From a virus, in IMG/VR virus record IMGVR_UViG_3300045957_000047, positions 1 through 64,000 of that record: DNA of 64,000 bases. One strand, given 5' to 3'. The position numbers and the translations under genes are program-made. The notes beneath the pieces are model-generated. The model saw only the letters and a program-made list of their open reading frames with translations. It was not told the DNA's origin and ran no database searches. Positions 16,866-25,464 of the stretch are shown in pieces (position 1 is the stretch's first letter; every line of letters begins with the position of its first letter).

Positions 16866-17077
16866 AAGTAAAACGCAGAATGCCCAGGTGGGAGTATCTT
16901 AGTGTTGATGAAAAGAGGGCTTGGCGTTCCATGGGTGTACTTAAAGAAGAGTACAACGGGTGTAGGAGAAAACTAACGTTTGCTAATGCCTATCAAGCAA
17001 GAAAGTTCGACAGAGGCAAAGTTCCTTATCGATGTCTCTATTGTGGGCATACTCATTTGGCAACAAGAAAGGCATGA
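16862..17077 (+). CDS. Small Zn-finger protein
   Basis: C..K..F...YRCLYCGHTHL motif. Confidence 0.7.
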   Translation: MKVKRRMPRWEYLSVDEKRAWRSMGVLKEEYNGCRRKLTFANAYQARKFDRGKVPYRCLYCGHTHLATRKA

Positions 17078-17502
17078 TTAAAAAGAAATATCGATCAGAA
17101 CCCAGGGTTATAAGATTCGCATTTATTGAAGCTTGCCTTATTGCCTTTGGGCAATTTAGAAGAGAGATGTTACAAAGGACGATTAACATCACTAATCAGT
17201 CGGGAGTCTCAACGGTACGATTGTTTCTTGCTATCAATCCAGGAGCTATGGAGTACAGTACGATAGCCCGTGCTTATTTTGTATCTGAGAATTTCAAGAG
17301 AGAGATCCTGAAAGCCGATACAGACCCGGCACACTTTCTTAATTTGGTCTGTGTTATTCATGGGACAGAGGTAGATTTTGATGAGATTAATAGCCGGATT
17401 GAGGTCATTCTTCGTAGCCGTGTTGGGGTCGATAGCCCTCGGTACATCAAGGAGCTTGACCAGAGAGAACGAAGACCTAAGAGAAGCAAGAAGAATCTCT
17501 GA
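17074..17502 (+). CDS. Hypothetical protein
   Basis: ATGA-coupled ORF. Confidence 0.7.
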   Translation: MIKKKYRSEPRVIRFAFIEACLIAFGQFRREMLQRTINITNQSGVSTVRLFLAINPGAMEYSTIARAYFVSENFKREILKADTDPAHFLNLVCVIHGTEVDFDEINSRIEVILRSRVGVDSPRYIKELDQRERRPKRSKKNL

Positions 17503-17542
17503 AACACCCGAGCCTCAGAGGGTTCCAGATCTGTGGGATAAG

Positions 17543-17974
17543 ATGATGTCTCACGATGATGTCTCCCGAGAAGAACAAGAAGTATTGTTTGGGGAAGATG
17601 AAGAAGCGAGAAGACAAGCTGAGCTGGCTGTTATGAAAAGGCAGATAGAATTTAATAACATGTGGAATGATACAGAGTTTCGTCGCAAAGCTTTTCAACA
17701 AGCCTACTTAAAAGATGCAGACTTCTCCAAACCTCAAACCGCTACAGAGTTGTTCGATGCACAAGAAGTCGATGAGACGTTTGTAGGAGTGAATGAACAA
17801 GGAGATTTAGTTGAAACCAAATATGAGGACTGTGAAGAATGGCGACACCAGAGACAAGAATTAAGCAACGGCTTAACACCCGCGATGATACGATTACAAG
17901 CAGGCTTGACCAGAAATATAGGCGGCTTACCTTCGGCCCCTACTCGACAGCAGGACTCCCAGACAGATTCGTAA
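17543..17974 (+). CDS. Acidic hypothetical protein
   Basis: ORF with uncertain start (up to 17378); overlaps the VRR-NUC gene. Confidence 0.55.
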   Translation: MMSHDDVSREEQEVLFGEDEEARRQAELAVMKRQIEFNNMWNDTEFRRKAFQQAYLKDADFSKPQTATELFDAQEVDETFVGVNEQGDLVETKYEDCEEWRHQRQELSNGLTPAMIRLQAGLTRNIGGLPSAPTRQQDSQTDS

Positions 17975-18231
17975 ACTTTGGATCAGTACAAGTAGCGATT
18001 GAAGTCAAAAGAGAAGGCAAGGAACCTACTGCCTTGCAAAAGAAAAAAATAAGAGACTGTATTGAATTTGGAACACCCGCTTTTGCTGTTGCTGGAGATC
18101 AAGGAGTAGAAAATTACTATGCAGATCTTATCGAGTGGTTTAGTGATGAGAAAATTGAGGGCAGACTAGAGAAGCTAAGACAAGACAGCTACGCATTGCA
18201 GGCTGTATTAAATGAGTTGACAACAGATTGA
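17839..18231 (+). CDS. VRR-NUC domain nuclease
   Basis: TPE..IK, GLPD, AIEVK, PTALQ motifs; upstream of an SNF2 helicase. Confidence 0.85.
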   Translation: MATPETRIKQRLNTRDDTITSRLDQKYRRLTFGPYSTAGLPDRFVNFGSVQVAIEVKREGKEPTALQKKKIRDCIEFGTPAFAVAGDQGVENYYADLIEWFSDEKIEGRLEKLRQDSYALQAVLNELTTD

Positions 18232-19814
18232 CCATGAAAGCGAAATTCTATCTCAAAAACAATGTTGTACTCATGATCTGGAAGGGAGAAGATTTTGGGT
18301 TTGGTAAGCCCATAAAGATAGGGGTCTATGCAGCGAAGTATTCTGATGTTAAGTACAGACATTTATTAGAACAAGGTGTTACATTTATTAACCGTTTTGT
18401 TGATGTATATCCTTTCCCAGGACATTATAAAAAACCTCGATCTGCACAGGTCGAGATGTTAGATTTCCAGATCCACCACCATCGCCGATACAATCTGTCT
18501 GAAATGCGTACGGGCAAGTCAGGGCCTGTGTGTTGGAATATTGACATAAACATGACGTACAACGGCATCAAACGATCTGTGATTTTTGCACCTCGATCTA
18601 CGATGCTTGATACGTGGAAGACCGAACTGTTTGGTATCTGCATGAAGCGCAGGGTTTTCTATTCGGTCCATAAGACCGACGCTATCAAAAAACTCAAGCG
18701 GGCATTACTTCGAAAAGAGAATCCGTTCGAAGTATTCGTGATCAACGTGGACAAGATCTGGCGTGTGATCGAAGAATTGTTGACGTATGATCCTCAGGAT
18801 GTGTACATTGATGAGGCCAGTGACTATACCGACAGCTCTACTTCTCGGTACCGGGCATTGGCTGAACTGATGAGCAATCCTAAAAGAAGTTTACTGGCGC
18901 TTACTGGCACGCCCATGCCTAACAGGGCACCGGATGTCTGGTGTATTGCCCGGTTGATTAATCCGGAGACTCCTTCGAGTAAGACCATACTCAGGCAGAA
19001 GACTCAAACACAGGTTTTCCTTAAGGGAGGTCGAGCTGTTTGGGAAAACAAACCCACTGCTTCAAGAACTGTGGCCGAGCTGATGCAGCCGAGTATTCGA
19101 TTCCGAACTGATGATGTTGACGATATGCCAGAGCATGAGGGTTTCATGGTCTCTTGTGACCTGACAGCTCAGCAGCAGAAAATGTATGATCAGATGCGCA
19201 AAGATCTGTACACTGAATTAAATGGCAAAGAGATCACTGCCGTGCATGCAGGTGCCAAATTGTGGAAGCTTCTTCAGATCGCCAGTGGTGTCTGTCGGGG
19301 AGAGGAGGGAGAGATTGTCCTGATCGGTGCTGAGCACAAGATGGCTGAGACTAAGCGACTCATTAAAGAGACACCACGCAAGACCGTTATCATGTCAGCC
19401 TTTACAGCTGTTCAGGATTACATCATATCTGAGCTTGAAGGAATGTACCGAGTAGGCCGTATCAATGGTTCGGTCAATGATCGTAATCGTAAGAAGATGT
19501 TAGATGGCTTTCAAGGTGACAAGCTTGACATACTGGTGTGCCACCCTCGTACTACACGCTATGGTTTGAAAATGCACGCAGCCAGTCAGATGTTGTGGTT
19601 TGGTCCTGTTTACTCTGCGTTAGATTTCGAGCAAGGATCATTTCGTATCCGTGGACCTGGTACAGGCAAGACAATGTATGGTAAGCTTGCTGCCACTCCA
19701 TTAGAGAGACAAGTGTTCGATCTGATTGACCGTCGGATGTCAGATCAACAAGAAATGCTGTCGATGACTCAGGTCATTGAACAGACTATACAGCAGTTCA
19801 AAGTAGCTGCATAA
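18228..19814 (+). CDS. SNF2-family helicase
   Basis: EMRTGKS, IDEA, LTGTP and C-terminal motifs V/VI. Confidence 0.9.
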   Translation: MTMKAKFYLKNNVVLMIWKGEDFGFGKPIKIGVYAAKYSDVKYRHLLEQGVTFINRFVDVYPFPGHYKKPRSAQVEMLDFQIHHHRRYNLSEMRTGKSGPVCWNIDINMTYNGIKRSVIFAPRSTMLDTWKTELFGICMKRRVFYSVHKTDAIKKLKRALLRKENPFEVFVINVDKIWRVIEELLTYDPQDVYIDEASDYTDSSTSRYRALAELMSNPKRSLLALTGTPMPNRAPDVWCIARLINPETPSSKTILRQKTQTQVFLKGGRAVWENKPTASRTVAELMQPSIRFRTDDVDDMPEHEGFMVSCDLTAQQQKMYDQMRKDLYTELNGKEITAVHAGAKLWKLLQIASGVCRGEEGEIVLIGAEHKMAETKRLIKETPRKTVIMSAFTAVQDYIISELEGMYRVGRINGSVNDRNRKKMLDGFQGDKLDILVCHPRTTRYGLKMHAASQMLWFGPVYSALDFEQGSFRIRGPGTGKTMYGKLAATPLERQVFDLIDRRMSDQQEMLSMTQVIEQTIQQFKVAA

Positions 19815-19826
19815 TCATCGGGGAAA

Positions 19827-20294
19827 ATGATGGAAGTAAGAAAGATGCACGGGTTGATCCGCCATTGGCGAGATCGACATCTAGCTATTAAAGAGAAGGA
19901 AGATCAGCTGGCGGAGGACACGGCTACAGCTCGATCTGAAATAAAAAGGATTAAAGAGGCTCTCAAGGAGGTAGTATCGAAGAAAGAAGGGGCACAGAAA
20001 AAAGTCCCACTCAACGACAAGTCAGCCACAGTCAGTGCAGTGTGGACCGACAAGTACAACATTGTCGACCGGGATGAGTTGGAAGACTGGATTATGGAGG
20101 GTGTGCCTCAGAAGTATCAGAAGAAACTGCGATCTAGATTGCAAGTTTTTGGTAAGGGTCTTAACGGGGACTACTGCAGGCAGCACCGGGCGGACTCGGG
20201 AGCAGAGGAGATCAACGAGCACTTGCAAGGGGGTACAAACGTACCGGGTACCGGTGTGTACACAAACAAAGACGTGCGTCTTTGGACTAAATAG
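19827..20294 (+). CDS. Replication-module coiled-coil protein
   Basis: 155-aa ORF between helicase and SSB-like gene. Confidence 0.75.
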   Translation: MMEVRKMHGLIRHWRDRHLAIKEKEDQLAEDTATARSEIKRIKEALKEVVSKKEGAQKKVPLNDKSATVSAVWTDKYNIVDRDELEDWIMEGVPQKYQKKLRSRLQVFGKGLNGDYCRQHRADSGAEEINEHLQGGTNVPGTGVYTNKDVRLWTK

Positions 20295-20318
20295 AAATTT
20301 AACTTTCGGGGAAATACA

Positions 20319-21518
20319 ATGACAGAAGATAATCAAGAAATCGTAGTTATATCAAATAAAGCCGTGGAACCCAAGAGGAACTTTGCAGCGTTGGCCAAGA
20401 AGGTCAAGGGACTTGCTGAGGACAGTCCTCTTCGAAAGATTCAGGGAAGTGCCCCCTATCGTCTTACGCTGAACGGTAGTACCTTTCAGGTCAAGCAGGG
20501 AAGTAAAGTTCTTCAAGAGTTGACCACAATCGAAAAACGAGGTACACGGAAAGTCAAAGTTCCGATTAAGGAGTTGGACATTGTCATACACGCAGTAAGC
20601 CCGGTAATTCAACAACAGCTGTTGAAGAAATACGATCCAACTAATCCAACTTTTGAGCCACTGGGTTGCTGGTCTAATGGGGATGAATGGGGTAAACCCG
20701 ATCCTGAGTCCTGGAACATGCAGTCAGAGTCTTGTGATACTTGTGCCTATGGACCGAACGGTACCTCTGAAGAGGCAAATTGCTCGCTCACTAGATCGGC
20801 GGTAGTGAGCATCTACTCAGAGAGTGTGGTACCTGAGCATAGGCTTTTGATGAACTTCAACTGGTCATCTAACAAGGTAAAAGGGAATCTTGGTGAAGAC
20901 CCGGATGAGAATGTGTTTGGTCTGATTAACTACTTAAATACTTTGGCAACATTAGAAGTAGAGACGCACCGGGTCAGGACTCGGCTGATTGTTGATGACT
21001 ACAGTCACGAGAAAAACAACAGCAAGTTGCTATTCCAACCTATAGACATACTGGAAGATGATGATGCGCCGAACATGGTTGCTCACAATAAGTGGTCGAC
21101 TGAAGATGATCTCCAGAAATTGTGCAGGATCACTCAGCGCCGACCGGCATCTGAAGAAGGTCTGCCTGCTACTGGCTTAGAGGATAAACCAGCCGCAAAG
21201 CCCAAGCCCAAGCCCAAGTTTTCCCCCGAACAGGAATTGGAGGATGAGTGGGACGAGGCTCTGGAGGAAGATGAAGTAGAAGAAACACCTCCCGTCCGAA
21301 AGAAGAAGGTGGCGGCCAAGAAGAAAGCAGCAGCCAAGAAGAAACGCGCCCCAGCTCCTGAGCCGGAAGATGAAGAGGAAGATGAGGATGAGGAGCTGTC
21401 ACTCGATGAGCTGGAAAGCTTCGGCGAAGAGGTCGTAGATGAAGAGGACGAAGAAGATCTGGAAGCCGAAGATGAAGATGACTACGGAGGTCTTGAAGAG
21501 CTGTTAGAAGACGACTGA
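20319..21518 (+). CDS. Putative ssDNA-binding protein with Zn site and acidic tail
   Basis: CWS...CDTC...C pattern, long Asp/Glu-rich C-terminus, replication context. Confidence 0.6.
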   Translation: MTEDNQEIVVISNKAVEPKRNFAALAKKVKGLAEDSPLRKIQGSAPYRLTLNGSTFQVKQGSKVLQELTTIEKRGTRKVKVPIKELDIVIHAVSPVIQQQLLKKYDPTNPTFEPLGCWSNGDEWGKPDPESWNMQSESCDTCAYGPNGTSEEANCSLTRSAVVSIYSESVVPEHRLLMNFNWSSNKVKGNLGEDPDENVFGLINYLNTLATLEVETHRVRTRLIVDDYSHEKNNSKLLFQPIDILEDDDAPNMVAHNKWSTEDDLQKLCRITQRRPASEEGLPATGLEDKPAAKPKPKPKFSPEQELEDEWDEALEEDEVEETPPVRKKKVAAKKKAAAKKKRAPAPEPEDEEEDEDEELSLDELESFGEEVVDEEDEEDLEAEDEDDYGGLEELLEDD

Positions 21519-21526
21519 TTTTCCCC

Positions 21527-21542
21527 AGGCCAAGGACGGCCT
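21527..21542 (+). promoter_or_regulatory. CsrA/RsmA-like ANGGA hairpin
   Basis: AGGCC-AAGGAC-GGCCT upstream of the primase-helicase RBS. Confidence 0.5.
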
Positions 21543-21565
21543 ATTACTTTGGAGAGAGTAGATAA

Positions 21566-24532
21566 ATGATCGAAGCTTTTTACCAGGACATCTCTGTCCC
21601 CGGCCAGAAAGTGGTTGCCACAATAGATGACTATAAAGTAATCACGCATTATGTTCTTGGAACGACCGAAGAAATCATTCCCTTCCTTTCTCAGTTCGAA
21701 GAGTTAAACACTTACCATTCAGTAGGGGGATATCAAGGTCTGCCTACCGGGAAGCAATTCGAAAAGAAAGGCTCTTTGAAGAACCTCACGGGCTGCGTAG
21801 GGGCTTCCTCTTTCGTTTTTGATTTGGATGTCGGGGATAAGGATGGGCAGTATGATTCTCTCGAAGAAGCGTTTGACGATATTTCTGCAGCCGTAGAGCA
21901 GGGTAATCTTCCAGAGCCTCGCTGGATCTTGTATTCAGGCGGAGGTCTTCAGATCTATTATGTGGTCGATGAGATACTGGATGAAGTCATCTGGACTCCC
22001 CGATTCCAGCAGCTCAAGCGACATGTCGCACGTTTTTTAAAAGTAGACCCCACGGTAGGCAGTAAGCCCTATCGTTTGGTGAGAAGCCCCTGTACTGCCA
22101 ATTGGAAGTATGAGGAGCCGGTCATGCCTCAGATCATCACGGAGGTACCAGGAGACTATCTGAGTCTGGACTGGCTCGATCAAGTAGCTCCTCAAGGAGT
22201 AAAGCCTAAGGCATCTAAGGTAGCCATAGACCCCACGGAGAGTGAGCTGAAAGTCGACAGCCCCATCTCGGCCAAGCGGATTATAAAAGCTTGTAAGTTT
22301 TTCCAGAACCTGTACCAGCACCGAGGTAGTAATGCCACCTACCCTGTGTGGTTTTCTTCTCTCAATGTAGCCGCGCACACCAAAGAGTTTCGTACCTTTG
22401 CACATATACTGTCTAAGGGTCATTCAGGGTACAGTCGGGAAGAGACAGATCTTCGCTTTGATGAGGTGATTCAAAACGCGAGTGCCGGTCCGCACGGTTG
22501 TCACCACTTTGGTGATACAGATAATCCCGATTCCCCATGTCATGGGTGTTGGGCAGCTAAGGCCGGTCTTAAGAATCCGGTCTCGGCGGCCAGGCATTTC
22601 AATCCGATCGCGCATAACAACACAACTCTGCGGGACATGTTGGGCAAATCGTCTAAGAAAAAACCGGCACCGGTATTGGTCAACTTGGACGAGCCAGAGA
22701 TAGAGACCTCTGTTCCCCTGGTGTCGCTTGACGATATTGCAGTCGATGACGATGATGAAACGCTTGGCCTTAAGAAGAAAGTCGAATATGAATATTTTTT
22801 ACCCGACGGGTGGGAAGTGGTAGAGGGGATCATACAAGACTCTGAACAGAATCCGGTTTGCCAAGACTTATGTATCGGCAGCAAACAGAGATCGTTGACA
22901 CGTAATGATGCCTGTATTCCGATCTCTGCTGACTACGGAGAGAACTGGACAACGATACCGGCGGGAGCTGTTGGCAGTATTGGAGCTGTCGTCACTAACT
23001 TGGCTAATGCAGGTATCTATATTATTAATACAAAGAAAACTCACTTCCTTTTAATGCAGGCGATGAGTCAAAAGTTACACTACCAGATTACCTCGTATGG
23101 GTTCTCTGAAGACCTCAAGCGAATTGTAATCCCTAAACACCAACTGGGCCACATGCCAGATAACGTTTGTCTCTCTCCTCGAATGAGACCTTTGGAAGCC
23201 AAGTGGGGTGGTCAAAGAGGTACGATGAAGAAGTGGCTTAAGGCTGTACAGATTTACGAGAGACCTGGGCAAGAGCCTTACTTGATGGCGTTGTTAGCAA
23301 GCCTGGCAAGCCCTCTTTTGAAGTATCACGATCTTGAAAAAGGGGTACTGCTGTCTCTCATCGGAGCAGGAGGGGCAGGTAAAACTACATCGATGTTGGC
23401 AGCTACTTCAGTGTGGGGTAAGCCTCTGGGTACACTGGCTGTGGCTAACAGTACGTACAACGCTATACGTCATACAATGACTCAGTGCGGGAATCTGCCA
23501 TTTATTCTTGATGACGTGTCACAAACCAAGTCCCAGATCTTGAAAAATCTTGCACTCGATATCAGCCAAGGAGAGAACAAGGCACGGTTAGATCGAAATT
23601 CAGAACGGATGGATGATGAGAACTGGCAATTGATTTGTCTGACGACCAGTAACGTCAGCGTTTTGAAAAGATTGGCAGAGGAAGTCGATCAAGGTGTGGC
23701 TGACATGGACCGGGTATTTGAAGTTCCTGTTACGTTGTCTACATCGGTCTCTATTGAAGAAGGCCGTATGACAGCAACGCTTCTGAAACAAAACTTTGGG
23801 CACATAGGGCCTAAGTGGATGGAGGCTTTAATGGATGCTGACATGGAAGAAGAGCGTAAAAGTTTCAAAGCGTTCAGTGATGGTTTCTGGAGAGAGCATG
23901 GGTTAGAGGGTCGCAACCGGTTCTATGCTTCACTGATTACCAGCTGTTACTGGGCACACAGAAGGATCAAAGAAATGTACCCTGACTTTCCCGGTGATCC
24001 ATTGATGACGCTGCGTTGGATGTCAGGAAAAATCTATACGAATGCCAGCTATGTATCTGATGTACTGAATAGTCGAGTACCGTCTATTGACGATTTTGTT
24101 ACAGAGTTCTCGATAGAGGGTTGTGTGTTGTCACCTACTATCAGCCCCAAAGGGGATCAGACAGCCAGAACGTACATCGGTATGGGCCAAAACATGAAGG
24201 GTTATATATTCGAGTATGGCCAGTATTATGCGATTCCTACGCAAACATTCGACAAGTGGTGTACACGCAATGCGCTCAAGACAAACACAGTGCTAGACTA
24301 CTGGCAAGGATCAGGCCGGGTAGTCAATCATGATAAGAAAGACGGCCACTTCAGAGCGCGAGTCAGGCTTCAGAAGGGATTGATTATTGATGGTGTAAGA
24401 CAAAAACCTACAGTCATTTTAGTCTATCGGGGAGATACTATTGAAAGCGAATCAAGTCCAAAGGGAGCTACGGCAGGTAGCCAGCATCAGAAAGAAACTT
24501 CAAATCCTTACGCATCCGTTGAGGATTACTGA
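21566..24532 (+). CDS. Primase-helicase (AEP-type primase, PriCT-like region, DUF927 helicase)
   Basis: FDLD, YSGGGLQIYY, Cys cluster, Walker A GAGGAGKTT, Walker B ILDD. Confidence 0.85.
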   Translation: MIEAFYQDISVPGQKVVATIDDYKVITHYVLGTTEEIIPFLSQFEELNTYHSVGGYQGLPTGKQFEKKGSLKNLTGCVGASSFVFDLDVGDKDGQYDSLEEAFDDISAAVEQGNLPEPRWILYSGGGLQIYYVVDEILDEVIWTPRFQQLKRHVARFLKVDPTVGSKPYRLVRSPCTANWKYEEPVMPQIITEVPGDYLSLDWLDQVAPQGVKPKASKVAIDPTESELKVDSPISAKRIIKACKFFQNLYQHRGSNATYPVWFSSLNVAAHTKEFRTFAHILSKGHSGYSREETDLRFDEVIQNASAGPHGCHHFGDTDNPDSPCHGCWAAKAGLKNPVSAARHFNPIAHNNTTLRDMLGKSSKKKPAPVLVNLDEPEIETSVPLVSLDDIAVDDDDETLGLKKKVEYEYFLPDGWEVVEGIIQDSEQNPVCQDLCIGSKQRSLTRNDACIPISADYGENWTTIPAGAVGSIGAVVTNLANAGIYIINTKKTHFLLMQAMSQKLHYQITSYGFSEDLKRIVIPKHQLGHMPDNVCLSPRMRPLEAKWGGQRGTMKKWLKAVQIYERPGQEPYLMALLASLASPLLKYHDLEKGVLLSLIGAGGAGKTTSMLAATSVWGKPLGTLAVANSTYNAIRHTMTQCGNLPFILDDVSQTKSQILKNLALDISQGENKARLDRNSERMDDENWQLICLTTSNVSVLKRLAEEVDQGVADMDRVFEVPVTLSTSVSIEEGRMTATLLKQNFGHIGPKWMEALMDADMEEERKSFKAFSDGFWREHGLEGRNRFYASLITSCYWAHRRIKEMYPDFPGDPLMTLRWMSGKIYTNASYVSDVLNSRVPSIDDFVTEFSIEGCVLSPTISPKGDQTARTYIGMGQNMKGYIFEYGQYYAIPTQTFDKWCTRNALKTNTVLDYWQGSGRVVNHDKKDGHFRARVRLQKGLIIDGVRQKPTVILVYRGDTIESESSPKGATAGSQHQKETSNPYASVEDY

Positions 24533-25028
24533 TCATGTATGGGAGAAGAAATCTGACCCACTGCAAGCCTGTAGGTTGAATAAGCGATACAATAAACTAC
24601 AAAACTGGAAGTCAAATGTCGTCGCTGAGCTTCGCAGAAACTTCGAACATCACACAGAGTTTGGACGTTGGGAAGCCTGGAGGCAGGATCGGTGGGGTGC
24701 CTTGACTGAGGAAGCACAACTTGTTTCAAAGGCCTGGAACCTTAAGTACGGCAAGGACATTCATGTCGCCATCCTGGCAATAGAGGCCAATTTGATGTTT
24801 GCCCATACCAAAGGGAATCGCTTCTTGCTTCGTGAGCCGTTACATGGTTTTCCTTGTATGAGTTATGTGACAGCAGAGGGTCCCAAATTGTTCGACTCTT
24901 ATGAGCAGTTTGGACTTGAGGATTACCACTGCATATTACAGGGAGACGGAGGTCAGTTGTTTTACTTCGAGCCGGAGAAGTACGGGCTGGACCAAGCGTA
25001 TTTCATAGAGCAGGTGGGTAGACCATGA
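24441..25028 (+). CDS. Hypothetical protein
   Basis: ORF with uncertain start. Confidence 0.65.
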   Translation: MKANQVQRELRQVASIRKKLQILTHPLRITDHVWEKKSDPLQACRLNKRYNKLQNWKSNVVAELRRNFEHHTEFGRWEAWRQDRWGALTEEAQLVSKAWNLKYGKDIHVAILAIEANLMFAHTKGNRFLLREPLHGFPCMSYVTAEGPKLFDSYEQFGLEDYHCILQGDGGQLFYFEPEKYGLDQAYFIEQVGRP

Positions 25029-25258
25029 GTCAAATACCGGGTGTTTTACTGATAGTCGGTATTTGGTTTTTTTGCATACTGTATAAAATGGGTATGCTTT
25101 GTATGTCCGTTGTTGAGGACTATAAAAAAGCCCTTCTTGAGCAGAGAAGTGATAAAGATGAGAAATTTAGAAGAGTCACTTCCACGTTTTTAACCAGTGG
25201 AATAACTCTGCTGGTAGCGACTTCGTACCTTATCTATTTAGCGGATACCTACTTTTGA
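25025..25258 (+). CDS. Small 2-TM membrane protein
   Basis: Two hydrophobic segments. Confidence 0.65.
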   Translation: MSQIPGVLLIVGIWFFCILYKMGMLCMSVVEDYKKALLEQRSDKDEKFRRVTSTFLTSGITLLVATSYLIYLADTYF

Positions 25259-25464
25259 CTGCTTTGGGTTTATTAGTAGTGCCCATGGTGTGGCTTCTTT
25301 GTCTGGCTCTGATTATGTTCTTGGAAGGAATCAGAGCCAGACAAGTCTATCGAAAGAGAAAAAATAAAGGTCACTTTAAATACTGGGTATTGGTAAACGT
25401 ATTCAGTACAATAACCTTTCTGTGTGCATTACTGCTCAGTATCTTAATTCCTCACTTGGTCTAA
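25255..25464 (+). CDS. Small 2-TM membrane protein
   Basis: Two hydrophobic segments with a basic loop. Confidence 0.6.
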   Translation: MTALGLLVVPMVWLLCLALIMFLEGIRARQVYRKRKNKGHFKYWVLVNVFSTITFLCALLLSILIPHLV

